From an uncultured Gammaproteobacteria bacterium (GTDB lineage: Bacteria > Pseudomonadota > Gammaproteobacteria > Pseudomonadales > Pseudohongiellaceae): a stretch of DNA of 64,000 bases. The stretch is from assembly GCA_913058275.1 (NCBI GenBank), contig CAJXQP010000001.1:4901-68900 (forward strand), written 5' to 3'. The translations under genes and the position numbers were made by a program. Positions 18,311 to 28,531 of this stretch are shown here, in pieces (within the stretch, counting starts at the first letter, position 1; every line of letters starts with the position of its first letter). Below the pieces are notes generated by a model. It ran no database searches and was not told the origin of the DNA. It saw nothing but the letters and a program-made list of their open reading frames with translations.

Positions 18311-20880
18311 ATGAGCGATACACTATCCAATAAATTCGAAGAACTGATTGGCCTAAACTACCAACTCTATAACGGCCTTTTTCTCACTCTGCCACTCGAT
18401 GCCGTGGAAAAAACTGGATTGCTGTTACCCTTGTTAGATGCCGTCTGCCAGCAAGGCCTAATCGACGGCAAGAACCCAGACGTAATAGTCGAAGAATTTT
18501 TCGAACTGCACAAACCACATTTTACTGCTACTGATAAGAACAACTTTCTATTCAAAATCATTCAATACGTCGAACGGCAAGTAGTTCTAGTTGACGCACT
18601 CGAAGACGCGGCCTATCGCAAGATGCATCAGGTCGACAAGCTTAAAATTTTACAAACTGTGGCTGAGAACGTCGAAACGAACAATCTAAGTGAAGAATTT
18701 TCGAAGACACTTCAAAAATTCGGCATACGCGTAACACTGACCGCACATCCCACACAATTCTATCCAGGTCCGGTACTCGCAATCATCAATGATTTAACAC
18801 GTGCTATTGCACGCAATGATAATTCTGAGGTGAGAAACCTTCTACAGCAACTAGGGAACACGCCATTTTCGAGGAAAACCAAACCGTCTCCCTATGACGA
18901 GGCCGTACTGCTTAGCTGGTATCTAGGCAACATATTCTATCCAGTAATGGGACAGATAGTTGACTCGTTCGCCGGCCGCTATGAACGCGCGGTGCTTGAG
19001 AATCAGAAACTCATGACAATCGGTTTTTGGCCCGGCGGTGATCGCGATGGAAATCCATTTGTAAATATCGACACGACTCGTCGCGTCGCGTCGAAGCTAC
19101 GCTATAGCATCGCGAGTTGCTATCACCGCGAGGTTCGCGAACTTAAAAGGCGCCTCACCTTTAAGGGAACCTACGAAATTCTTGATGAACTCGAGAAGCA
19201 ACTGCACGACGAAATATCCGAGAGCAAGCCTGTCTACACGCTGGACGCCCAAGCACTGATCGGAAAGCTTAATGAGATAGAGACTATCCTGCTAGAGCAG
19301 AATCAGGGCCTTTTCGTGGACAAGCTATGTTCATTCAGACGCAAGGTTACCCTCTTCGGTTTCTATTTCGCGAGTCTCGATATTCGTCAGGACAGTCGCG
19401 TAATTTCTCGCGCACTCGACGCCGTCATTGAAGAGAATTCGTCACTTTTTAGCGGTTTGAATGATCTTAGTGAGGCAGAGCAAGTAGACAAATTACTGAA
19501 CATCTCCGGAAGTGTCGAACTCCCTTCGAGCGATGATGAAGTAGTGCTGGACACGGTGGGTTCGTTTTCTCTTATCGATGAAATTCAAACCCTTAACGGG
19601 GAGCAAGGATGCCATCGCTATATTATTAGCAACTGCCATGGACCGATTGATATGGCCCGGGCGTATGCCTTTTTCCAGCTTTGTGGCTGGCAGGACAAAC
19701 CCCTAAGCGTAGACATCGTGCCCCTATTCGAATCAATTAACGATCTGAATCGCGCTGGCGAGTCCATGCGCAGTATCTATGCGAACCCTGACTATAAGCA
19801 GCACCTCGTCAATCGTGGCAATCGACAAACCATTATGCTGGAATTCTCCGATGGCACAAAAGATGGCGGCTACCTCATGGCGAACTGGGCCATCTATAAG
19901 GCAAAGGAGAATCTAACTGCTGCGTCCAGGGAAGCGGGCATCGAAGTCATATTCTTCGATGGTCGCGGCGGCCCATCGGCTCGCGGCGGCGGCAACGCTT
20001 ATCTATTCTACGCTGCGCTTGGCAAGAAAATTGAAAGCAACGAAATTCAGATGACTGTGCAGGGGCAGACCATAAGCTCTAACTATGGAGTGAAGCCCGC
20101 AGCAAAGCACAACTTGAGCCTGCTGCTCTTGCCGGCTTGGAAAACAATCTCTATGACCGTGCCGAGAGAGAGCTGAACGATGAGCAGAGCAGCCTGATCG
20201 AGTCGCTATCCACTACGAGCCTTAGAAAGTACGAGTCTTTGAAGCAACACAAGCTGTTCCTGCCTTATCTGGAAGAGATGAGTACACTGCACTACTACAA
20301 CATGACAAACATTGGCAGCCGGCCCGCGAAGAGGGGTGATAATTCCCAGTTGAAATTTGAGGATCTTCGAGCGATACCTTTCGTAGGAGCCTGGGCGCAG
20401 CTTAAACAGAACGTGCCTGGCTACTACGGCCTCGGCACCGCGTTAGCGGAGCAAGAGAACGCGGGGCAGCTCGACAGCTGCATCCAACTCTACAAAGACT
20501 CGGGCTTCTTTCGTGCATTGATCGCCAACGGTATGCAGAATCTCGCCAAGACCAACTTCCATTTAACCCGTTATATGGAGGAAGACGAACGCTTCGGCGA
20601 TTTTTGGAAGATGATTCATGCTGAGCATGAACTAACCCATGAGATGATTTTGAAGGTGGCAGAACAAGACTTCCTGTTGCAGGATAATCCTCGAGCGAGG
20701 CTGAGCATCGAGCTACGCGAGCGAATCGTTCTGCCATTGCTGGTGACTCAGCAGTTTGCCTTGATGAAGATCAACGAACTCAGAAGTATCGATGAAGACG
20801 ACCCTCGTATCGAAGACTTCGAGAAGATGGTCGTGCGTTCATTGTATGGCAACATTAATGCATCGAGAAACTCTGCGTAG
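18311..20880 (+). pseudogene. ppc: Phosphoenolpyruvate carboxylase interrupted by a single frameshift near 20116
   Basis: ORFs 18311-20176 and 20137-20880 together give a colinear PEPC (TAHPTQ, FDGRGGPSARGGG, C-terminal ..YGNINASRNSA). The reading ..AAKHNL then switches frame to EPAALAGLENNLYDR. Confidence 0.85.
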
Positions 20881-20910
20881 TCAATACTGCACAGAGTCTG
20901 CCCGCATTCA

Positions 20911-21858
20911 CTACCTGCTCTTCTGCATCTCCAGCCAAGAGCGCAACATCGTAGTGACAAACTGAATATCACCGGTGTTCTGTGAGTTGTGGCCAATCCC
21001 CGGCAGCGTCACCAGAGTGAAGTCACGCCCCATGGATTCCCAAGTATCATTGAGCGACTCGTTAACATAGGCACCGTCGTCCAGGCCATGAAACTCCAGC
21101 ACAGGAACGTCAAGAGGTACGATTGGTGATTCGTCCACCATCCAGGGTGGCTTGGGATAGTAGGCGCGATAGTAGTTCAGCATCGCCTCGTAGTCTGACC
21201 GTTGGTAAGCACCCAGATAACGTTCATACCAAACCGTACCCTCATGACTGCGTGAACGTCGTTCCGCGTCCATGCCGCCGAGATCTCCGTCGCTATTGGT
21301 AAATCTTGCTATGTAGGCACTACGTTCTTTCTGCTCATTGTTAAGCGCCATCTCGCGTTTGCGTGATCGAGGGTGAGGTCGGTTAAAGATTACTAAATTC
21401 TCGGTCTTGCTTGGGTAGGCCTCGGCGAAGGACCAAGCAATTATGCCTCCCCAATCGTGGCCGACAATAGTGGCCTTCTGCTCATCAAGGTCATCCATGA
21501 CCGCCACCACATCAGCCGTCAAATGTGGTAACTCATAGTTCTCCACTCCCTGCGGCTTGTCGCTACGGTTATACCCACGTAGCGAGATTGCAACAACCTG
21601 ATAGTCATCCGCCAGCGCCGCCATCTGATAGCGCCAGTCATACCATTGATTCGGGAAACCGTGAATGAAGACCAGCAGCGGGCCTTCACCTAGGCTCACA
21701 TAGTGAATGCTGACGCCGTCGTTGTTGGCGTAGTTGTGCTCCACAAGATCATAGAGATCGTCGGCATCGACCTGAGCATGGGCTTGGACTGTCAGTAGCA
21801 TCGACAAAATAAAAGGCATAACAGCAAGCTTTGACACGGGCATTCTCCCAGTAAACAC
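20911..21858 (-). CDS. Exported alpha/beta hydrolase (epoxide-hydrolase-like)
   Basis: Signal peptide, an HGFPNQWYDWRYQ motif typical of epoxide hydrolase/dehalogenase-like enzymes, and a GHDWGG nucleophile elbow. Confidence 0.75.
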   Translation of the reverse strand: MFTGRMPVSKLAVMPFILSMLLTVQAHAQVDADDLYDLVEHNYANNDGVSIHYVSLGEGPLLVFIHGFPNQWYDWRYQMAALADDYQVVAISLRGYNRSDKPQGVENYELPHLTADVVAVMDDLDEQKATIVGHDWGGIIAWSFAEAYPSKTENLVIFNRPHPRSRKREMALNNEQKERSAYIARFTNSDGDLGGMDAERRSRSHEGTVWYERYLGAYQRSDYEAMLNYYRAYYPKPPWMVDESPIVPLDVPVLEFHGLDDGAYVNESLNDTWESMGRDFTLVTLPGIGHNSQNTGDIQFVTTMLRSWLEMQKSR

Positions 21859-22014
21859 TCTCTAAGCAAGAATAGGCGTAGCTAAGCGCGGAGTCCAGAC
21901 ACAATTCAGAGTCGCTTGTTACTCCCCACGCGGCGCCGCTTTCCTTTGCAAGATCAGGCTAGACCCAATACCATGCGGGCCGAACAAACGCTCGCTCAAT
22001 ATCCGGAGAAATTC

Positions 22015-22566
22015 ATGAAATCCTTAGTCTCACTAAATTCACTAAAAATGGCTTTACTACTCTGTTTCTCGCTGACAGCTATTAGCCAAAGCAACTCACA
22101 GGACCAAGACAAACAGTTAGACGTAACCGAGGATCTGTTTAAGTGTCTAACTGAGATGACCAGATCATCGACTGGCGCCTTCTTCGTGGACAATATGCTG
22201 GGCGACATTGACGCTACTCTCGCGGTTGCAAATTCGGAAACCGGCGGAGAATATCCAGCGGGCTCGGTAATTTCCTTGGTTCCTAGCGAAGTGATGATTA
22301 AACACGACGCTGGCTGGAATGAGGCTACGAATGACTGGGAGTTTTTCGAGCTTACTGTATCCGCAGCTGGTTCCGAGATCGCTGTTCGTGGCACAACTGA
22401 AGTTGTGAACCAATTCGGCGGCAATTGCTTCGGCTGTCATATGCTAGCCACACCCGAATGGGACCTAATTTGCGGCACAGGTCATGGCTGCGCACCACTT
22501 CCGATCGACCGTGAGACAATCGCGAATATCCAGAACAGCGACCCACGCTGCATGAAAGAGGACTAA
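22015..22566 (+). CDS. Exported haem protein with a single C-terminal CxxCH (cytochrome P460-like)
   Basis: Signal peptide after ATG 22015 (MKSLVSLNSLKMALLLCFSLTAISQ). The GGNCFGCHM haem-binding motif lies near the C-terminus. Size and motif position recall the cytochrome P460 family. Confidence 0.5.
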   Translation: MKSLVSLNSLKMALLLCFSLTAISQSNSQDQDKQLDVTEDLFKCLTEMTRSSTGAFFVDNMLGDIDATLAVANSETGGEYPAGSVISLVPSEVMIKHDAGWNEATNDWEFFELTVSAAGSEIAVRGTTEVVNQFGGNCFGCHMLATPEWDLICGTGHGCAPLPIDRETIANIQNSDPRCMKED

Positions 22567-22754
22567 ACCGGCGCTCGGGCTATAATGCTGTCGGTTTCGA
22601 ACCAAGGAATCGGCAGTAAACTCAGCGCAACTCCCCGCGCGCACCAATTTGTAACACAATTCCTTTTGAAACCTGCCCCACAACCTGAAATACTCTAGCG
22701 CTCAATAAGAGCCAGTGCCCATAAAAGAATTTTCATAACTTAGGTAAGTTGCAT

Positions 22755-23783
22755 ATGTTCAATCTAAAACAACGAATAGTCCTATCACTTAGCGCTTTTT
22801 TGCTTAGCGCGGCTTCGATGCCCGCCCTGGCCCAGACCGATTGGCCTGAGGTGCCTCCGACTGAGGCGCCAGCACACTGGGGCGCTGTTTCGGCTAACTT
22901 CGAAGAGATCCCCTACCCCTACCCAGTGCACTTCCTGGAATTGAATCGCTTCCAGCAAGATATCCGCATGGCCTATATGGATGTGCCTCCAAGTGGGCGA
23001 GCAAACGGTCAGACAGTATTCATCCAACATGGGATGAATTTCTACTCCGAAGCCTATACACCCACTATCAAAGCTTTATCCGCCGCAGGTTTTCGGGTCC
23101 TAGCCGTGGATAGAATTGGATATGGCAAATCAACTAAGCCGATACTTCCCTACAGCTTCAATTTCGTAGCAGCGAACATGAAGTCGTTGTTAGATGAGCT
23201 GGAAATTGACGAAGTCGCAATCTTTGGGCACTCAATGGGTGGGATGACAGTGAGCCGTTTCGCGATGGTGTATCCAGACATCACGACTCACGTAGTTATG
23301 GTAAATCAGATCGGCCTAACCGATCAGCGCCAGAGTCGACCTTGGAGAGACCCTTTCGCTGGGGGAGGAACGACTACGTACCAGTCAATCCTGCGCGGTC
23401 ATCAGAATTATTTCCCACTACGTTGGCCACCAGAGCATCTGGAATTCGTGCGCCGACAATTTGGACAAACCATGAGTGGCGAATGGAATCGCGTAGCACA
23501 AGTTCGCAGGTTGCAGGGTCAGATGCTCTATGATGATCCAGTCGTCTATGATTGGCAGCATATTGCATCGAAGGCGCTAGTTATCGGTGGCGAGGAAGAT
23601 GGCCTAGTCGATGATTTTCCAACGCTCGCGCACAATGTGAATAACCAGCTACAAAACTCGACCATACTGCTCTATCCGGATGTAGGGCACGCTCCGCAGA
23701 TTGAAATACCCGATCTGTTCCACGCTGACCTGATTCGCTTCCTCAGGTCCGATCCGAACGCACCAGCCAGCGCATGGAAGTAA
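22755..23783 (+). CDS. Exported alpha/beta hydrolase
   Basis: Signal peptide (..SAASMPALAQ), HGMNF oxyanion region, GHSMGG nucleophile elbow, and a C-terminal GHAPQ histidine. Confidence 0.75.
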   Translation: MFNLKQRIVLSLSAFLLSAASMPALAQTDWPEVPPTEAPAHWGAVSANFEEIPYPYPVHFLELNRFQQDIRMAYMDVPPSGRANGQTVFIQHGMNFYSEAYTPTIKALSAAGFRVLAVDRIGYGKSTKPILPYSFNFVAANMKSLLDELEIDEVAIFGHSMGGMTVSRFAMVYPDITTHVVMVNQIGLTDQRQSRPWRDPFAGGGTTTYQSILRGHQNYFPLRWPPEHLEFVRRQFGQTMSGEWNRVAQVRRLQGQMLYDDPVVYDWQHIASKALVIGGEEDGLVDDFPTLAHNVNNQLQNSTILLYPDVGHAPQIEIPDLFHADLIRFLRSDPNAPASAWK

Positions 23784-23835
23784 TGCTGGAAACGGATAAG
23801 CAATTGTAAGAACTAAAAAAGAAGAATTAAAAAAA

Positions 23836-23868
23836 GCCCGCTGACCATTTGGTCAACGGGCTTTTTTT
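23836..23868. terminator. Bidirectional rho-independent terminator between convergent genes
   Basis: AAAAAAA-GCCCGCTGACC-attt-GGTCAACGGGC-TTTTTTT. The 11-bp stem has one mismatch and is flanked by an A-run and a T-run. Confidence 0.8.
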
Positions 23869-23935
23869 GTACTTTCTTTTACCTACCTTCTTCTACATAT
23901 CTGGCATTTCTGCCGCGTCGAAGGCTACCGCTAGA

Positions 23936-25960
23936 CTAGTGACCGTCGTCACCGCCGACTATCGCGCCAGGTAATGCCATAGCGGTAAGCCTCGGTCCAT
24001 TCTGCAGCATCACATACTGATGGCCATCATGTTGGTAGGTCATCATGCCGTAGCGACTGAGTTCAGTGGTCTCGATTCGCGCTAGCTCTTCGCCGGTACG
24101 CTTATCTATCGCGAACAAGTGTGGCGTGCCATCTCCAACCGCACCGGAATACATCAGCATGTTCTTAGTAACTACCATTGTCGCCTTGGAGCCGCTTCCC
24201 GTATTGCCTATATCGACGCCAGCAAGCAACGGATGATTAGCAATATTATCCGGCGTCTCTCCAACAGGCAGCGTGAACAAGGTATCACCCGTGTTCATGT
24301 CGATAGCCTGAATACGGCTATAAGGTGGCTTAGTTATGGGAATACCCTGAATACGGCCTGGCGAGGCAGAACGGACAACGGCGTAGTCGGCGAAGGTTGT
24401 CCCAGTCGGCGCGTTCCAACGCAGATCAGCCTCGGCACCCGGGCCAAGTACTCGCGCCGTACAACCGGTGCTTGAGGTTACATACAGAATGCCTAACTCA
24501 GGATCGGCTGCGGCAGGTCCATTGATGTTGGCTCCACCACCGCCGCCAGGGCACCACAGTGCGGCCGTCTTACCCAACGCGTTGTCATAATGTAGAGGCG
24601 GATTAAAAAGTGGTCCGATCTCGAATTCAGACACAGCCTCTATAGCAAGTCTGCGTAGCTCGGGCGTGAAGTCGACGAGATCATTGATAGAGATGCCCTG
24701 TAATTCAAATGGCTCGGGTTTCGCTGGGAAAGGCTGAGTCGGCGAGAGCTTCTCTCCCGGCACACGCGAGCTTGGTACGGGACGCTCGACCATCGGCCAC
24801 AACGGCTCTCCAGTCTCACGATTGAATGCATATACGAAACCCTGTTTCGTCGCCTGCGCGATTGCAGGTACGTCGCGGCCCTCGATAGTAACATCCAATA
24901 AAACCGGAGCAGTCGGTGTGTCATAGTTCCAGATGTCGTGGTGCACCATCTGATAATGCCATTCTCTCTCGCCAGTATCGGCATCAAGAGCAATCAAACT
25001 CGCGGAAAATAAATTGTCGCCGGGTCGGAAACCCCCGTAGAAATCTATAGTCGCGGAGTTAGTCGGAATATAGACAAGGTTCAAGTCCTGATCGGCAGAG
25101 AGTGGCGCCCAAGAGGACACATCACCAGTCCACTGCCAGGCATCATTTTCCCACGTCTCGTGGCCGTATTCGCCGGGGCGGGGAATCACATTGAACTTCC
25201 ACTTGAAGTCGCCCGTTGCTGCATCGTAGGCAAGAATGTCCCCTGGTATATTCTCGATTCGCGCCTGGTTATAGCCCTGCTCGGCTGAGTTTCCAACTAT
25301 GATCGTGCCATTGACTACGATCGGCGGGGAAGAGGAAGTGATATAGCCAGTCTCTAGGGGAATTCCTTCATAAGGATCGTAGGGGTGGCCTAAGTCGGCT
25401 AGTAGATCAACAACTCCCGTTGCCGGGAAGCCATCCACAGGAACCTGACCACCGAAGCCCTCCACAGGAGCACCGGTCTCAAGGTCCAATGCCGTGAGGA
25501 AGAACGCCGGCGAAGTGATGTAGACCACCTTGCGTCCGTCGACCTCGGCGATGGTGACGCCCTTACCGTAATCTTTACGCATGGAATATTCGTAGCGAGC
25601 AGTCTTCGGCTCGACATAAGTCCAAACCGTCTCACCACTCTTTGCGTCGATAGCAATCACGTAGCGACGCGGCCCTGCTACGGTAATAATTTTGCCATCG
25701 ACGTAGCTCGGTGTTGAGCGTCCGCTCGCCGCGTTGAAGCTTGCGCCATCCCAGACCCATGCCTCTTCTAATTCTTCGAAATTCTCTGGCGTGATTTCAT
25801 CAACACTCAGGTAACGGGTGTGTGCATAGTCACTGCCTAAGGTTAGCCATTCGACAGAATCCTGTGCCAAAGCAAGTGAACTGACACAAGCAATAAGCGA
25901 GGCAGTAATTCCCCCGAATACTTTCCGGTTTAGTTTAGATTCAGAAAAATAATTCATCAC
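23936..25960 (-). CDS. Exported PQQ-dependent dehydrogenase (quinoprotein beta-propeller)
   Basis: Signal peptide, an N-terminal [12 protein letters not shown] motif, and repeated W-containing propeller blades. 674 aa. Confidence 0.75.
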   Translation of the reverse strand: MMNYFSESKLNRKVFGGITASLIACVSSLALAQDSVEWLTLGSDYAHTRYLSVDEITPENFEELEEAWVWDGASFNAASGRSTPSYVDGKIITVAGPRRYVIAIDAKSGETVWTYVEPKTARYEYSMRKDYGKGVTIAEVDGRKVVYITSPAFFLTALDLETGAPVEGFGGQVPVDGFPATGVVDLLADLGHPYDPYEGIPLETGYITSSSPPIVVNGTIIVGNSAEQGYNQARIENIPGDILAYDAATGDFKWKFNVIPRPGEYGHETWENDAWQWTGDVSSWAPLSADQDLNLVYIPTNSATIDFYGGFRPGDNLFSASLIALDADTGEREWHYQMVHHDIWNYDTPTAPVLLDVTIEGRDVPAIAQATKQGFVYAFNRETGEPLWPMVERPVPSSRVPGEKLSPTQPFPAKPEPFELQGISINDLVDFTPELRRLAIEAVSEFEIGPLFNPPLHYDNALGKTAALWCPGGGGGANINGPAAADPELGILYVTSSTGCTARVLGPGAEADLRWNAPTGTTFADYAVVRSASPGRIQGIPITKPPYSRIQAIDMNTGDTLFTLPVGETPDNIANHPLLAGVDIGNTGSGSKATMVVTKNMLMYSGAVGDGTPHLFAIDKRTGEELARIETTELSRYGMMTYQHDGHQYVMLQNGPRLTAMALPGAIVGGDDGH

Positions 25961-26139
25961 TTTGATACCTCATTCTTTTTAATTTTGTAGAGTTCTCATC
26001 GCTTGGGGAAATATCAGAATCGGTTCTCCCTGCCATTCGGTCAAAAACGAGCCCGTCTCACTCGCTCTCACTAAAGTAATGGATACAGTCAGTGCCTGCA
26101 AGCCATATATCCGAGAAAAACCCCTGTAAAATAGGGCCC

Positions 26140-26960
26140 TTACGGCAATACGCGCACTTCGTGCTGCGGGAACGGAATGGAAATATTTGCCTCACTCAGC
26201 GCATCTTTAATCACTTGATTCGAAGCAAGTCGGATCTTATGGAAGCTTTCGGCTTTCGCCCAAGCACGTACCGCGATATTGATTGAACTGTCGCCGAACT
26301 CATCGATGCCGATCTGAATAGCGCGCTCTTCGCTCAATCCATCAATCTCTGCTAGTTTCGCTGTAATGGCAGCTATAGCAGCATCGGTATCGCTGCCATA
26401 GGCGACGCCAATCGAGAGCTCCAAGATAGTGTTCGTATGTGAGTTGTGGAGAATCTCTCCAACTATATGTTTGTTAGTGATTAGGATCAATTCTTCATCC
26501 TCATTGCTCAACAATGTATAGGCAAGGTGAACTTCCTTCACTATGCCGAACACGCCCTCAATTCGAATTGTATCGCCCACCATAAATGGCCGATTGAAGA
26601 TGATGCTGAGTCCCGCTCCGTAGTTCAACAATAGGCCTTGCATCTCTAATCCAGCACCTAAGCCTAGGGCACCGACCGCTGCTAGGAAGGGAGTAACTTG
26701 TATGCCGAGTTTCGGCAATGCAATGAGAGCAGCACTGACAATGATGGCTATGCGGACGTTGCTGGAAAAGAATCGACTGAGGGTATATCCAGCAACTTCT
26801 TGCCGCACAGCGTCAGGACCAAATTGCTTACCCATCTGCCGACGAAGATTCCTATTACAAGAACTACAATCGCACCGAATATCTGGAAGCTGTAGGTGAC
26901 CATATAGGTCACGAACATGTTGTACAGGTCGGTCACTAAATCCAATTCGTCTCGTCCCAT
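26140..26960 (-). pseudogene. mscS: MscS-family mechanosensitive channel with one frameshift (about 26780-26790)
   Basis: ORF 26748-26960 encodes TM1 and the loop (..GRWVSNLVLTLCGKKLLDI). ORF 26140-26835 continues in another frame (TLSRFFSSNVRIAIIV...GAGLEMQG..RPFMVGD). Together they are colinear with E. coli MscS. Confidence 0.8.
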
Positions 26961-27060
26961 AATCTTTATTCTCTGTTGCCGATCAACTCGCGTATCATGT
27001 GGATCCCGTATTCTGCCACGTCAATACGTGCAGGCAAACAACAGGCTTCTCAATCTCCCC

Positions 27061-28050
27061 ATGAATTCCGATATCGACGAAAACTCAATACAGGGCGAAG
27101 GCGTGACGATGCTGATAAATCGCCTCCGCAAGAATCAACGCCTACTAGGAAAGTGGGCGCGACAGCAGAATATTGAGTGCTTTCGTGTATACGATCGCGA
27201 TCTGCCGGAATATGCGTTCGCTATCGACTGCTATGGCGAGTTCGTGCAGATGGCGGAGTATCAGGCCCCCTCCGAGATCATTGAGTCAAAAGTGAGTGCG
27301 AGACGAGAGCAGGCTATCGCGGCTGTTCAAGAAGTCTTCGGGCTAGCCCGGGAAAATATTGTGCTTAAGTCCCGTGAACGCCAGCGCGGCACACAGCAAT
27401 ATGAAGCCCAGGACCAGAGCAAATCATTCTTTGTCGTGAATGAGGGCCCTGCACGGCTGTGGATAAATTTGAAAGACTATCTGGATACCGGGTTATTTTT
27501 GGATCATCGACCCATTCGTCAATTCATTCGCGAGAACGCTAAAGGCAAAAGTTTTCTGAATTTATTCTGTTATACCGGGAGCGCCAGCGTGCAGGCCGCT
27601 TTAGGTGGTGCCACCTCCACATTGAGCATCGATCTATCCAACACCTATCTTGATTGGGCACGGCGAAATTTCCTTCTGAATAAGATAGGTGGCAAACAAC
27701 ACCGCCTGAAGAAGGCCGATTGCATCGACTATCTCAGCTCGAAATACGAAAAGTTTGATTTGATATTCCTCGACCCGCCTACTTTTTCAAATTCAAAGAG
27801 CAGTAACAATGTTTTGGATATTGAAAAGGATCATGGCACGCTGATCCGTAATGCCATGAACAAACTGAACAAAGACGGGCTGTTAATTTTCTCCACCAAT
27901 AAGCTCAACTTTAAACTAGACAGCGAAAGCCTAAAGAAGTTCGAGATTCGTGACTACACCAAATCTAGCCTCGGTAAAGATTTCCAGCGACAGAAAAAAA
28001 TCCATCAGACATGGCTTATCAGCCACAAATGGGAGCCTCCGGCATTCTAG
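27061..28050 (+). CDS. rlmK: Stand-alone RlmK-like 23S rRNA m7G methyltransferase (homologous to the C-terminal half of E. coli RlmKL)
   Basis: INRLRKNQRLLGKWARQQNIECFRVYDRDLPEY ... DYLDTGLFLDHR ... LNLFCYTGSASV ... FLDPPTFSNSK is colinear with the RlmK half of RlmKL. No THUMP/RlmL half lies upstream. Confidence 0.8.
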   Translation: MNSDIDENSIQGEGVTMLINRLRKNQRLLGKWARQQNIECFRVYDRDLPEYAFAIDCYGEFVQMAEYQAPSEIIESKVSARREQAIAAVQEVFGLARENIVLKSRERQRGTQQYEAQDQSKSFFVVNEGPARLWINLKDYLDTGLFLDHRPIRQFIRENAKGKSFLNLFCYTGSASVQAALGGATSTLSIDLSNTYLDWARRNFLLNKIGGKQHRLKKADCIDYLSSKYEKFDLIFLDPPTFSNSKSSNNVLDIEKDHGTLIRNAMNKLNKDGLLIFSTNKLNFKLDSESLKKFEIRDYTKSSLGKDFQRQKKIHQTWLISHKWEPPAF

Positions 28051-28094
28051 GTCTCAACTTGCACCGAGGCGGCTTGCGGCTTAACATCCATCTT

Positions 28095-28511
28095 ATGAAA
28101 ACTGCTATCAACATCACGCGCCTACTCTCTTTCACCCTCATAGGCCTTCTCCTGAGCCTGCAATCTACTACTGCTCTGGCGGCGGTGGACACCAATAACC
28201 CTCCGCTCGTCGGTTCTTGGGGTGGACCACTGGTAATTGGCGAGGATGATTTAGGTCTGATCTTCAACTTCTCCATGGCCGGCGGAGAATACTCCGCCAG
28301 TATAATCAGCGATGGGCTAGGCGTATATGGCATGCCAGCGGACAGGGTTAGGCTCAATGGCCGCTCGCTCACTGTTGTGATCCAGCGGTTAAATGTTGAG
28401 TTCACCGGCACCTTGCGATTCGACGAGGCGGGCGAGAAATTGCTGCGTATTGATGCGAACTGGTTTCAAGGAAGTGAGATGGTACCAGTGGTACTGCGGC
28501 CGGTTGAGTAA
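28095..28511 (+). CDS. Small exported protein of unknown function
   Basis: Signal peptide after ATG 28095 (MKTAINITRLLSFTLIGLLLSLQSTTALA). The mature part (G.W.G.L...L.LIF.F...G.Y.A...S...G....P...V.L.G..L...) recalls an accessory domain seen at the ends of some serine hydrolases. Confidence 0.4.
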   Translation: MKTAINITRLLSFTLIGLLLSLQSTTALAAVDTNNPPLVGSWGGPLVIGEDDLGLIFNFSMAGGEYSASIISDGLGVYGMPADRVRLNGRSLTVVIQRLNVEFTGTLRFDEAGEKLLRIDANWFQGSEMVPVVLRPVE

Positions 28512-28531
28512 TTGATTGAGAGGCTGGCCCT

